A stretch of 64,000 nucleotides of DNA. It comes from Malacoraja senta. Taxonomy: Eukaryota. Position numbers and translations under genes: made by a program. Positions 1 through 12,589 of this stretch are shown one piece after another. The stretch covers positions 8,310,001 to 8,374,000 of the forward strand of contig CM075991.1 of the NCBI GenBank assembly GCA_038087875.1, given 5' to 3'. Position 1 is the stretch's first letter; each line of letters starts with the position of its first letter. Under the pieces are notes generated by a model, which ran no database searches, was not told where the DNA came from, and worked only from the letters and a program-made list of their open reading frames with translations.

Positions 1-432
1 GGAGGGGGAGTTGAAGTGCTGAGCCACCAGGAGGTCGGGTTGGTTATTGCGGACCGACCGGAGGTGTTCGGCGAAACGATCGCCAAGCCTCCGCTTGGTC
101 TCACCGATGTAGATCAGCTGGCATCTAGAGCAGCGGATGCAATAGATGAGGTTGGAGGAGATGCAGGTGAACCTCTGTTGCACCTGGAACGACTGCTTGG
201 GTCCTTGAATGGAGTAGAGGGGGGAGGTGAAGGGACAAGTGTTGCATCTCTTGCGGTTGCGAGGGAAAGTACCCGGGGAGGGGGTGGTATGGGAGGGAAG
301 GGAAGAATTGACAAGGGAGTTGCGGAGGGAGCGGTCTTTGCGGAAGGCAGACATGGGGGGCGATGGGAAGATGTGGCGAGTGGTGGGGTCATGTTGGAGG
401 TGGCGAAACTGACGGAGGATCACTTGTTGTAT
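1..432 (-). mobile_element. Penelope-like element (PLE, Neptune-type) C-terminal linker plus GIY-YIG endonuclease fragment, running off the window start
   Basis: Open minus frame not shown in the ORF track reads IQQVILRQFRHLQHDPTTRHIFPSPPMSAFRKDRSLRNSLV...RCNTCPF...FTCISSNLIYCIRCSRCQLIYIGETKRRLGDRFAEHLRSVRNNQPDLLVAQHFNSPS; the NLIY...YIGET...RF.EH...HF pattern is the PLE GIY-YIG domain. Confidence 0.92.
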
Positions 433-446
433 GTAGTTTAGTTTAA

Positions 447-529
447 GATAGACGCATAAAGCTGTAGAAACTCAGCGGGACAGGCAGCATCTCTGGAGAA
501 AAGGAATGGGTCGAGACCCTTCTTCAGAT
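447..529 (-). mobile_element. PLE-type terminal-repeat fragment with degenerate hammerhead
   Basis: ACTCAGCGGGACAGGCAGCATCTCTGGAG...GAGACCCTTCTTCAG, the same repeat seen dozens of times in the window. Confidence 0.7.
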
Positions 530-535
530 TAGGGC

Positions 536-833
536 TTTAGTTTAGTTTAGTTTAGCGTGGAATGTGGAAACAGGCCCTTCAGCCCACCGAGTCCGTGCCG
601 ACCAGCGATCCCCATACACTAGCATTATCCCACACACTAGGGACAATTTACAGAAGGCAAATAACCTACAAACCTGCACGTCTTTGGAGAGTGGGAGGAA
701 TCCGGAGCTCCCGGGGAAAACCCACATGGGGAGAGCGTACAAACTCCGTACAGACAGCACCCGTAGTCAGGATCGAACCGCGATCTCCAGCACCGCAAGG
801 CAATGGCTCTACCGCTGCGTCACCATGCCGCCC
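536..833 (-). mobile_element. HE1-like tRNA-derived V-SINE
   Basis: Reverse complement of the tRNA-like head (GGTGACGCAGCGGTAG, GGTTCGATCC), V-domain and GGGCTGAAGGGCCTGTTTCC tail with (CTAAA)n. Confidence 0.85.
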
Positions 834-1309
834 TTGTTCCTCCGGCACTCGGTGTTTTGTTCAAGATTCCAGCTTTGCCTTCCCTTGTGTCTCCGCCATG
901 GAAGTTAGAACAGTGCAAAAAAAATGCTGGAGTAACTCAGCGGGTCAGGCAGCATCTCTGGAGAAAAGGAATAGGTGACGTCTCGGGTTGGAACCCTTCT
1001 TCAGACTGTCGGGGGGAGTGAGAGAGGGTCTCACTTTGTGGCCTCATTTGGCGAAACATTTGATCTGATTTGAAAGGTTATCCACCTGGGGCACCACTTG
1101 CTCGGTAGATCACAGTTTGAAGCGTTTAAGTGCCCATTACAGCCTCAGCCTCAGGGACAAAGATGCTGCTAGCTGTGACCAGCAACACTAATGCATGCTA
1201 AATATGAAAGCCTCATTTTCCACCGAAGACCTATTTATTTTTTAACACAGTTAGAAACACTATTCATAACTATACACGAATGATTCACATAATAAAAACA
1301 TCTTTTAAA

Positions 1310-1650
1310 TATGTATATATATATATATATATATAGAAATAGATAGAAAGAAATAAAAACATGCACACGATATTTTTATTTTATACATTAAAAATATATA
1401 CATACGTGCATATACACGCACACACAAATATATATATGTTTGTGTCTATGTATGTATATATATATGTATATATTTATATATATATATACACACACACACA
1501 CACGTATATATACGCACTCATATACACACACACGTATATGTACACACACATATATACACACACACGTATATATATGTATATATATATATACGCACTCATA
1601 TACACACATTATATATATGTATATATATACATGCACACATACACACGATA
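1310..1650. repeat. (TA)n and mixed TA/CA low-complexity microsatellite
   Basis: Directly visible; explains ORFs 1361-1738. Confidence 0.95.
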
Positions 1651-2030
1651 CATCGCCATGACGGCACTGAGCCATGTTCTGCAGAGATGCTGCCGGACAC
1701 GCTGAGTTACTCCAGCACTTTGTGTCTTTTTTTGGCAAACCAGCATCTGCAGTTCCTTGTGTCTCCAGCTTAGGTCTTTCTTTCCTATTAGTGTTGATTT
1801 GGATTCAGTGTTTAGCCATTCACATTAGCAAGGCCACAAATGGGGCAGCTTGAAATTACCTTCTTGTCCCAGATATTCTGTAGTGTGCATCATTACTTGT
1901 GTATATATGTCTATATAAATATGCATGACTCCAGTAACGCAGTCAAGTGCCCGGGCAAGATGTAGTTCAGTTTAGTTTATTGTTGCATGATAACAAACTA
2001 AATCTCACCCGTCACTTAGATATAAATATT

Positions 2031-2500
<470 letters not shown>

Positions 2501-3214
2501 TATATTATACATAAAAGCAACACCAATAGTAAATAAAAACCCAAAGGACCCAAGCTGGACACACAAGGAACTGCAAATGCTAGTTTGCCCAAAAAAGACA
2601 CAAAGTGCTGGAGTAACTCAGCGTGTCAGGCAGCATCTCTGCAGAACATGGTTCAGTGATGCTTCGGGTCAGGACCCCCCTTTAGACCTACTTCAGGAGC
2701 TAGCAGTGTAGACCGTAATGATTGGGTTACAGTGCGGCCAGCAAGAAATGCTGGAGCTGGCTCAGCAACTGGGAGGAACAAAACGGTTAGGTTAGCAATG
2801 TAGGCCAGGATTAGGCAGCGGTTGGAAAAGGATAAGTCAGTATACTGGGTCAGCATACCCACAATCAGAGAAGTTATGTTTCCGATGGGAACAAAAAGCG
2901 CTTTTGTAGCTCAATATTATCTGTGGTCGGGACTGGTGTTGACTTTGAGGTCGCAGCAACAATAAAGTCATGGGATTTTTGTAACCTCCTCGCAACTTGA
3001 TGCATCAAACCCTCATGTCAGAGGAATACAGCTAGCAGGTCAGCTGCCCGCAGTCTCCTGCCAGAACAATCGGCATTTATACAACACCGTCACACAAGGA
3101 CACAAGGGGAAGCAGGAGTGCACTGTGCCACTAATCTTGTGAGACTGCGTAATCCTTTAGCCCATCACCACTTTCCTCCATTAACCCCTTGCTGCTGGGC
3201 AGCTGACAACCTAA

Positions 3215-3276
3215 AGGGCCTGTCCCACTTACGCGACCTTTACAGGCGACTGCCGGCACCCGTCATAGGTGGCCGA
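3215..3276. mobile_element. Left end of a GGCCTGTCCCACT-TIR MITE, truncated by a CR1 insertion
   Basis: TAA|AGGGCCTGTCCCACTT matches the TIRs of complete MITEs elsewhere in the window. Confidence 0.6.
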
Positions 3277-3675
3277 AAGATTGAGGGGGGATCTTATAGA
3301 AACGTACAAAATTCTTAAGGGGTTGGACACACTAGATTCAGGAAGATTGTTCCCGATGTTGGGGAAGTCCAGAACAAGGGGTCACAGTTTAAGGATAAGT
3401 GGGAAATCTTTTAGGACTGAGATGAGAAAAACATTTTTCACACAGAGAGTGGTGAATCTCTGGAACTCTCTGCCACAGAAGGTAGTTGAGGCCAGTTCAT
3501 TGGCTATATTTAAGAGGGAGTTAGATGTGGCCCTTGTGGCTAAAGGGATCAGGGGGTATGGAGAGAAGGCAGGTACAGGATACTGAGTTGGATGATCAGC
3601 CATGATCATATTGAATGGCGGTGCAGGCTCGAAGGGCCGAATGGCCTACTCCTGCACCTATTTTCTATGTTTCTA
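3277..3675 (+). mobile_element. CR1/HER1-like LINE 3' end
   Basis: RLRGDLIETYKILKG...SRTRGHSL...FFTQRVVNLWNSLP...FKRELD; 3' tail GGGCCGAATGGCCTACTCCTGCACC plus TTCTATGT. Confidence 0.93.
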
Positions 3676-3683
3676 ACTCAGTT

Positions 3684-3990
3684 GGCGGCACGATGGCACA
3701 GCGGTAGAATTGCTGCCTTACAGCGCCAGAGACCCGGGTTCGATCCTGACTACGGGCGCTGTCTGTACGGAGTTTGTACGTTCGCCCTGTAACCACGCGG
3801 GTTTCCTCCGGGTGCTCTGGTTTCCTCCCACACTCCAAAGACGCGCAGGTTTGAAGGTTAATTGGCTTCGGTAAGTTGTAAAATTGTCCCTCGTGTGCAG
3901 AATAGTGTTGGTGTACGGGGCGATCGCTGATCGGCGCAGACTCGGTGGGCCGGAGGGTCTGTTTCCGCGCTGTATCACCAAAGTCTAAAC
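3684..3990 (+). mobile_element. HE1-like V-SINE, full length
   Basis: GGCGGCACGATGGCACAGCGGTAG A-box, GGTTCGATCC B-box, V-domain GGTTTCCTCCCACACTCCAAAGAC, CR1-like tail. Confidence 0.92.
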
Positions 3991-4526
3991 GATGGAGGAG
4001 ATGGGTTTGAAACCAAGGCATTACTGAACTGGAGCAAAGCTCAAAGTAGCTCAGTAGGTCAGGCAACTTGACCTAACTTGGTCAGAAGAAGGGTTGCGAC
4101 CCAAAATATCGCTTGTTCCTTTCCTCCAGAGATGCTGCCTGATCCACTGAGTTGCTTCAATACCCTGGGTTTATCTTCGGTACGAACCAGCATCTCCAGT
4201 TCTTGTTCTTCCCTACACGTTACTTAACTGGGATCTGGGCAAGGTCAGCATGGACAAAGGGGGGTATGAGGGGTGTGGTGGGGGTTGAGACATGGCCAGT
4301 AGAGTTCTACCTGACCTTATTAATGGAGAAGAGAAGAAAGAGGTGGAGAGGCAGGAGTGCAAGACAAGGGCATGAATGAGCAAATGAGCTAAAGCAAGGG
4401 AAATGTCGGGCCATGTTACAGAGGTGGGCGTAGGGAATAGTAATGGCGTAATCTGTCCCTGCCGACCAAGTTAGCCATCTAAGATACGCCCAAATGCCTG
4501 CATTTGGCCCACATCACCATAAGCCC

Positions 4527-4917
4527 GACTGGGCTTGTATACACTGGAATTTAGAAGGATGAGATCTTATGAAACATATAAGATTATTAAGGGATTGGAC
4601 ACGCTAGAGGCAGGAAACATGTTCCCGATGTTGGGGGAGTCCAGAACCAGGGCCCACCGTTTAAGAATAAGGGGTAGTCCATTTAGAATGGAGACGAGGA
4701 AAAACGTTTTCACCCAGAGAGTTGTGAATCTGTGGAATTCTCTGCCTCAGAAGGCTGTGGAGGCCAATTGTCTGGATGCTTTCAAGAGACAGTTAGATAG
4801 TGCTCTTAAAGATAGCGGAGTTAGGGATGATTGTGGATGATCAGCAATGGTCACAGTGAATGGCGGTGCTGGCTCGAAGGGCTGAATGGCCTACTCCTGC
4901 ACCTATTGTCTATTGTC
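4527..4917 (+). mobile_element. CR1 3' end (CTATTGT-tail subfamily) inserted in an older antisense CR1 tail
   Basis: ORF 4535-4840 carries CR1 ORF2 C-terminal motifs; tail CCTATTGTCTATTGTC. Confidence 0.9.
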
Positions 4918-5544
4918 TAAACTTTTCCTATCTGTGTACCTTTCCAAATGTCCTGAAATGTTGTATAGTGCCTGCTTAACCGACACTCTCCGACAGCTCG
5001 TTCTATATGTGCACATTTCAATGAGGTGCCCCTTCATCCTTCTAAATGCCAGCGAGTACAGGCCCAGTGCCGTCAAACGCTCATCATATGTTAAACCAAT
5101 CATTCCTGGGACCATTCTCGTAAACCTCCTCGGAAAAGAATTTCGAGCAATATGTTCATTCCATGCGCGATCAATGCGGAAAGATCTCGAATCAGTGAAG
5201 GCTTGAAGATCCAGGCTGTTGTCCTGAAGACTTGCTCTAATTGGGCCTTTGGCCAAGTTGGCCAGTGTAGTTACAACGTTGGCAACTACCTGCCAATGTG
5301 GAAAGATGCCAAGTTTTGACCATAAAAATTAATCTCACTAATTAATATGCAGCCTGCTCTCAATCATCAACGGTGCTTTCAAGAGTCACTCATGCATCAG
5401 TAAGCTGCTCTCTGGTGTCTAGATGGGGTTTCATAGAGCCCGGTCCTCTGTTGTACTGTTCTTTGTTCTATGTCCCAACTATGAACTTCATGGACTGTCT
5501 TTGGTGGGACATAGGACGTGGAAACATTTTATTTTGCACCAGTG

Positions 5545-5852
5545 TTTAGTTTAGTTTCAGTTTGGTTCAGAGATACAGCGCGGAAACAGGCCCTTCGGCC
5601 CACCGAGTCCATACCGACCAGCCATCCCCGCACACTAACACCATCACACCGGGTACAATTTACATTTATTCCAAGCCAATTAACCTACAACACCCGTACG
5701 TTTTTGGAGTGTGGGAGGAAACCGGAGATCTTGTAGAAAACCCACGCAGGTCACGGGATGAAGGTACAAACTCCGTGCAGACAGCGCCCATATTCGGGAT
5801 TGATCCCGGGTCTGTGGCGCTGTAAGGCAGCAACTCTTCCGCCACGCCACCA
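5545..5852 (-). mobile_element. HE1-like V-SINE
   Basis: Reverse-complement consensus match including head and tail. Confidence 0.88.
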
Positions 5853-6006
5853 TATTGTGATTATTAATGTATTGATTTCATGTTTATTATATATATTGTC
5901 CCTAATGGGTGTAGGTTAGTGTACGGGGTGATCGGTGGTCGGTGTGGACTCCGTGGGCCGACGGGCCAGTTGCCGCGCTGTATCTCAAATGTCTAAAGTC
6001 CAGAGG

Positions 6007-6305
6007 TTTAGTTCTTTAGTTTAGTTTAGTTTGAGATACAGTGCAGAAACAGGCCCTTCGGCCCATCGGGTCCGCGCCAACCAATGATCGCCGTACTCCG
6101 CCACTGTCCTACCAACACCAGGGACAATTTACAATCTTTACAGAAGCCAATTTACCTACAAACCCGTACTTCTTTGGAGGAAACTGGAGATCCCTGAGAA
6201 AACCCACATGGTCATGGGGAGAACGTACAAACTCCGTACAGACAGCACCTGTAGTCAGGATCGAACCCGGGTCTCTGGTGCTGTGAGGCAGCCATCGTGC
6301 ACCGT
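6007..6305 (-). mobile_element. HE1-like V-SINE
   Basis: Reverse-complement consensus match; (TTTAG)n tail. Confidence 0.85.
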
Positions 6306-6436
6306 TTATGGAGCAGACATAAAGGATTAGCGTGTCAACAGCGCCTGCTGAACCTGCTGTCACTCCCACACCAAGAGGACAACTCTGTTCTTTTCTTACG
6401 CGTTTAAAACCATACATTTATTTTTTTAAATGGTGA

Positions 6437-6946
6437 GACGGCAGAGAAGGTTCACCAGACTGATTCCTGGGATGTCAGGACTGTCTTATGAAGAAAGACT
6501 GGATAGACTTGGTTTATACTCTCTAGAATTTAGGAGATTGAGAGGGGATCTTATAGAAACGTACAAAATTCTTAAGGGTTTGGACAGGCTAGATGCAGGA
6601 AGATTGCTCCCGATGTTGGGGAAGTCCAGGACAAGGGGTCACAGCTTAAGGATAAGGGGGAAATCCTTTAAAACCGAGATGAGAAGAACTTTTTTCACAC
6701 AGAGAGTGGTGAATCTCTGGAACTCTCTGCCACAGAGGGTAGTCGAGGCCAGTTCATTGGCTATATTTAAGAGGGAGTTAGATGTGGCCCTTGTGGCTAA
6801 AGGGATCAGAGGGTATGGAGAGAAGGCAGGTATGGGATACTGAGTTGGATGATCAGCCATGATCATATTGAATGGCGGTGCAGGCTCGAAGGGCCGAATG
6901 GCCTACTCCTGCACCTAATTTCTGTTTCTATGTTTCTATGTTTCTA
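6437..6946 (+). mobile_element. CR1/HER1-like LINE 3' end
   Basis: ORF 6430-6843 QRRFTRLIPGMSGLSYEERLDRLGLYSLEFRRLRGDLIETYKI...; (TTCTATGT)n tail. Confidence 0.95.
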
Positions 6947-7968
6947 TGAGACATCCAATCCCATGCCGTCCAACTCTGGACATTCTCAGTGAGTTCCCTT
7001 TACAATACGATACGATACCATTAAAACTCCATTCATCCCCGGAGGGAGATTGGTCTGCCAACAGTCACACAACACACAACAAGGTACACGACAACTTGGA
7101 ATTAACAATGAAAGCAAAAGGAAAAAGACAACCGACTGTTGGCTGGCTGCTGTGTGCACAACTCCTTCACCGGGACAAATGAACAAACAAACGCAGGCTG
7201 TACCCCTGGGCAGAGGATTCTAAACTAGAGTGTCCCCCCCCCCCCCCCCCCAGCCCCATGCCGGGTCCCCATTGTCTTCCCCTCCATACTTATAACATAT
7301 GTAGCCAGCTCTTCCCAGCCATGCATGCACAGTTTAAACCCATTCCTGGCTCCACTTGCTATCTGGGTCTGAGGGCACATGCCAAGGGACATGGTGATGA
7401 TGAGTGTATAATCACACGTCAGCTCTGCCCACACCCGCGAGGAATTGGCGAGAGCTGCGGACGAGGCCAAGTCCATCACACAAACCAGTCTCCCCACCAG
7501 CCCCCACCTGACCTCTCCCCCCACTATCGGACCATGAGATTCAGGAACAGCTTCTTGCTCACGCTCGGGTAGCTTACAACCCAACGGCATGATCACTGAA
7601 TTCCCCTATTTGAGGTAACCTCTAACGACTCTCCCTCCACATCTCTCTCCCCTTTCTCTCCCCCCCACCGCCTCCCCTTTCTACTCCACCGCTGTGCTGC
7701 CCCTCAAAGTGCTGTGGCACTACGAGAAGTGTTGGACTCTCTCTCCCACAAAGAGCAGGAGAAGCAAACTCAATTTATAACTAAATCTGCTATCAATAAA
7801 TGGTATGTTATTGGAAGCTATAGTGGTTGGAAACGCAAAGGGCCGACAGCAGACTGGTGGAGATAAGACATGGAGGAGTCACAATCTCACCAATTGCTTG
7901 ATTTGGTTCAAGATGCTTATCCTCAGCTCCCCAATCGCCTCCTTCAAAAATATTATTCCGCTATGCAC

Positions 7969-8015
7969 AATAACATCTTAACTCCAAGGGTTAATAACAT
8001 CTTAACTCCAAGGTT
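7969..8015. repeat. 24-bp tandem duplication
   Basis: AATAACATCTTAACTCCAAGG(G)TT twice. Confidence 0.9.
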
Positions 8016-8180
8016 AATTTAGGTTTAGGCAAACACTCCGTTGCTTCCGTTAGAAGGTTTAAAGGCGATTTGATTTTGAGATATTTGAGAGCAACTGGTG
8101 GGGTGGTTTGTGAGAAACTATGTCCACTGGAGGGGCAATGTAAGATTTCTCCGTGGCATTCCCATGTTTGTTCGTTTTAA

Positions 8181-8378
8181 TGTAGGAAGGAACTGCAGAT
8201 GCTGGTTTAAACCGAAGATAGGCACAAAATGCTGGGACAGGCAGCATCTCCGAAGAGAAGGAATGGGTGAGGATTCGGGTCGAGACTGAAGATGGGTCTC
8301 GACTTGAAACGTCACCCGTTCCTTCTCTCCAGAGATGCTGCCTGTCCCGCTGAGGTACTCCGGCTTTTTGTGTCTGTC
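8181..8378. mobile_element. Inverted (palindromic) PLE terminal-repeat pair with hammerhead motif
   Basis: Antisense arm followed by CTGAAGATGGGTCTCGACTTGAAACGTC and the sense arm. Confidence 0.8.
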
Positions 8379-10454
8379 TTTGGTTAGTTTTAACGTGAGT
8401 GAGATAAGCCCATTCCATTTTGTTGGACAGACAACTATCTGTCTTTGGAGGGTATCTCACAATCTCCCCTCTCCATCATATTAACCTCCCTTGAATCCAA
8501 CTCAACAGGTCCGTTGAGAAGCTTCCCATTCCTCCACTTTTGTGCGGAGAAACGTTTCTGAGGGTGAACTTTCACCAAACGTGGCAGACTGATCGCTTTG
8601 GGCCGAAGGTTTATTTAATTTCCTTCCAGCCTCAAACTTCTCTGCCAGAGAAACAAGTTCCGTACAAACTGAAAATGGAAATCCAGGCCTAGATACAACA
8701 GCCTTTAGAAGGCGGGCTTTAAAAGGCAATTCGACAACAAGCTCTGCCTTCCTCCCCAGGGATGGCTTCTGCTTAAAAATCAACTATTTATGAGGTTGTA
8801 TCTCCGACAAGCACGAACGCAAAGTGGACTGCGGTGGCATTAGGAAAATGAAGGCATTAAATATTCTCTCAGTTCTTGTGAAAGCTGGATTGTGCTGTGG
8901 GATGGCGGTGATGGTGGCAAAATCTGCTCCTCGACGAAAATTCATTCATTTTTTTCCGGGCAAATCTCGTCTGATAATGTTATCACTCCAGAACCACCTC
9001 TCGTTTGCCCGCACACACTTCGAGAGGAGATCAAAGAATTGTAATCAAGAGTTGGATGACCTTCCCTAGACTTGAGGTAGTCGGGGGAGGTGGTGTTTGG
9101 AGTTGAAGGGAGAGGGGATGGATGGACAGTGGAGGAGGGTGGATGAGAGGAAGGGGATGAGAGGCAGAGAGTGTGGGAGGTGGGAGGGTAAGAGATAGGG
9201 AAGGGGGGGTACCATGAAAGAGGAGGAAAGTGTCAGAGGGTGGTGAATCTTCTTTAGTCAGAGAGTAGTGAACCTGTGAAATTAATTTCCACAGAAGGCT
9301 GTGGAGGCCAAGTCAATGGATATTTTTAAGGCAGAGCTAGATAGATTCTTGATTAGTACGGGTGTCAGAGGTTATGGGGAAAAGGTAGGAGAATGGGGTT
9401 AGGAAGGAGAGATAGATCAGCCATGAGTGAATGGCGGAGCAGAATTGATGGGCCGAATGGCCCAATTTTGCTCCTATCACTTATGACCTTATGAAGTGAA
9501 AAAGGAGGAACAAATGAAAAGCAAACACATTCATACAACTCTAAATGCATTATTTCCAATTCAGCAGCTTCGACAAGATAAAAGGTTTGCAAACAGAGCA
9601 AGTATATTGTTGCAGAGCAAGATCCAACAAAGAGAGTCATGAAGTCAGGATGCAGCTTTATAGAACTTTGGTTAGGCCACATTTGGAGTATTGTGTGTTC
9701 AGGTCGCCCCGTTGCTGGAACGATCGGGGGGGCTTTGGAATGGGTCAAGAAATTAGTGTGAGCAGGAGAAGTGTTAACGTGATTTGTAATTTTTTTTTCC
9801 TCCAATAAAAATAAAATAAAATAAAAATAAATTTAAAAAAGTGATTTGTGCAACCCAGCGGCTGCACAAATCAGATGAAATAATTCTGTAAAACCCGGTA
9901 CCTGCACACTCTGCATGGACCATTGACATAGACCGTGGCGTGTGTGGTGGTGGCCTGTCGGTACCGACGATGGCGGCTTGTGCAGTCTCAATTCTGGCGA
10001 GTTCTGACATGGCTCACCAGTCAGAGACGAGGGCTGCACAAAAAGCCTGTGAGTGAATGAGTTTAAGGTGGAGAAGCTGTCGCACTGCAACAACCCCACC
10101 CTCTCGGCCGCAGAAGTCAGAGTCCAGTGGTATGAAAATTCATCACGGTTGCAGTGGATGGCCGTGTCGTCCTTTCGTGCCCTGACTGTCCCTTCGCATT
10201 CCGCAGTGCGTTGCTGCGTCACCTTTGGTTCATAAAGATCTCTTCCGCCTGGTCCGCCAATGCAGACTTTGCGTGAAGGATGAGCATGTCCCACAGGTTG
10301 AACTGGACTACATGGTACCAGTTGCAATGCTACACCTTGACCTGACAAAACAAATTCTCTTGTTTTCGCAGATTATCATTTTGGAGCAAGAATATTAAAA
10401 AAAATAACACTGTGCTAGTTAACGAAGAGTTGACTACCCTGCTGCAAGGAAAAA

Positions 10455-10679
10455 GATAGACACAAAAAGCTGGAGTTACTCAGCGGGTCAGGCAGCATGT
10501 CCGGAGAGAAGGAATAGGTGGCGTTTTGTGTCGAGACCCTTCTTCCGTCTGAAGAAGGATCTTGACCCGAAACGTCACCCATTCCTTCTCTCCAGAGATG
10601 CTGCCTGTCCCGCTGAGTTACTCCAGCTTTTTGTGTCTATCTTCGGTTAAAGCCAGCATCTGCAGTTCCTTCCTACACA
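10455..10679. mobile_element. Inverted PLE terminal-repeat pair with back-to-back hammerhead motifs
   Basis: GATAGACACAAAAAGCTGGAG...CCCTTCTTC / GTCTGAAGAAGGATCTTGACCCGAAACGTC...CTCCAGCTTTTTGTGTCTATC; arms of about 95 bp. Confidence 0.85.
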
Positions 10680-10999
10680 CAAGCAAAAGGATAATCAGTC
10701 AGACATCCAGACTTTATTGATTCCCTGTGACTCCTACTGCCATTACATGTTCATAACAATATGGGTATTGTGAGTGAGTGGATGTCTGATTTTGTGCATT
10801 TACATGAAAATTGACTTTATTGTTGATAGTGAAGTGGACAGTTGGAGATTGCACAGTGATATTGTTCGTTTGGTAAAGAGTGCAAGGCAGTAGAAAATGG
10901 GGTTTAATCCTGATAACTGTGAGGTCTAGTTTAGTTTTGTGATATAGTGCGGTAACAGGCTCTTCGGCCTACCCAGGCTGCGCTGACCAGCACTCCCCG

Positions 11000-11205
11000 C
11001 ACACTAGCACTTTTCTGCACACTAGCACTTTCCTGCACACTAGCACTTTCCTGCACACTAGCACTTTCCTGCACACTAGCACTTTCCTGCACACTAGCAC
11101 TTTCCTGCACACTAGCACTTTCCTACACACTAGCACCTTCCTGCACACTAGCACTTTCCTGCACACTAGCACTTTCCTGCACACTAGCACTTTCCTACAC
11201 ACTAG
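11000..11205. repeat. Minisatellite, 11 x 18 bp CACACTAGCACTTTCCTG
   Basis: Directly visible; the (RKVLVC)11 ORF is an artefact of it. Confidence 0.97.
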
Positions 11206-11249
11206 GGACAATTTCACCATTTTTTTTACCAAAGTCAATTAACTTATAC

Positions 11250-11482
11250 TTTTTTTTCTTTTTTTTTAATCAAAAATATTTATTCACTAATTAAAACAAA
11301 ACAGAACCCACCACCATAATACACAACAAACGATAAACTATGATACAACTATCTTACACTCCTTGGCAAGGATGCATTCAACCCCCTGTGGTGCCCAGCG
11401 GTCCTGATAGTCCCCCAGGGTGCCCGTGGACGGCGTGTAGTCCCTCTCTAACACCACCCGGGCGCGGACGTAACCCCGGAAA
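11250..11482 (-). mobile_element. Tx1-clade (L1-like) LINE 3' end with poly(A)
   Basis: FRGYVRARVVLERDYTPSTGTLGDYQDRWAPQGVEC stop, then AATAAA and a poly(A) tail on the minus strand. Confidence 0.75.
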
Positions 11483-12269
11483 ACCTGTACACCTTTGGAG
11501 TGTGGGAGGAAACCGGAGCTCCTGGAGAAAACCCACGTGGTCACGGGGAGAAGGTACAAACGCTGTACAGACAGCACCCGTAGTCGGGATCGAACCTGGG
11601 TCTCTGGCGCTGTGAGGCTACAACTCTACCAATGCGTCACCGTGCCCGTCCAACAGATAAACACAAAAATAAAAATAAAAATAGCTAAACTAAATCTAAA
11701 CTGAGAGCCTGAGAACAATCAGTGCCAATGGAACTCAAGCTAATGAAGAAGCAGAGCCTGGAAGACTTTAACAAAGGGAAAGAACACCTGGAATGTGGGA
11801 TGGTTGGTTGAGGAGTCATTAGATGAATTTATCGTGAGCTGGCACCGATACTTTGGGAGGAATGGCCTACTTTCATGCTGAATCAGTCCTTGATTATTAT
11901 GGTGGATAGATCCTACTCCTCTTTCTAATAATTATATTGGATTATATTCATAGACATATTAAAAATCTAAAGTAATTGCCAGGTTGATTGGCGCTGAGAA
12001 ACTTAAATAAGAAAATCTTAATGAGAAAGGTTTTTGAAAAAAATCCGTGCTTCATTTAACATGGTCAGAAGTAATTAAAAAAAAAATGTCTTCATCATTA
12101 GCAAAGATGGCCTCAAAGAATGCTGTATCATCAATACCCACCAGATGCCCTGATTGAAGACAAAACTGTGTTCTTATCTTTTCTTTATGCTGTCTACATC
12201 TTAATGCAGTTAGCACAACGCCACCATCTTAATGGAGCAGAGAACTAATGCTCTCTCACAGAGCTGAGC

Positions 12270-12567
12270 CGGCACAGCGGTAGAGTTGCTGCCTTACAGC
12301 CCCGTAGACCCATGTTCAATCCTGACTACGGGTGCTGTCTGTACGGAGTTTGTACATTCTCCCCGTGTGAGTTTTCTCCGGGTGCTCCGGTTTCCTCCCA
12401 CACTCCAAAGACGTACAGGTTTGTTGGTTAATTGGCCTGGTTTTAAATGTAAAATTGTCCCTGGTGTGTGTAGGATAGTCCCAGTGTGCGGGGATCGCTG
12501 GTCGGTGCCGACTCGGTGGGCCGACTGGCCCGTTTCCACGCTGTATGTCTACACTAAACAAAACTAA
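12270..12567 (+). mobile_element. HE1-like V-SINE
   Basis: Consensus head, V-domain and tail. Confidence 0.88.
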
Positions 12568-12589
12568 ATGTTGGAGCAACTCAACAACG

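Larger units (their letters stand above)
10926..11650 (-). mobile_element. HE1-like SINE containing an 18-bp minisatellite and a Tx1 insertion
   Basis: SINE tail at 10926; V-domain and head at 11483-11650. Confidence 0.85.

Noticed and set aside
16..441. 141-aa plus-strand ORF
   Set aside because: Antisense shadow of the PLE endonuclease frame
3684..3760. tRNA-like A/B boxes here and in many other places
   Set aside because: SINE heads, not tRNA genes; each continues into the V-domain and tail
5130..5330. Possible unique exon
   Set aside because: Resembles decayed CR1/L2 RT sequence (GTCCTGAAGACTTG...CAATGTGGAAAGATGCC)
8502..9069. ORFs of 93 and 81 aa in unique sequence
   Set aside because: No homology recognised and no convincing splice signals
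10969..11238. (RKVLVC)11 repeat protein or CRISPR-like array
   Set aside because: Contiguous 18-bp minisatellite without spacers, derived from SINE sequence
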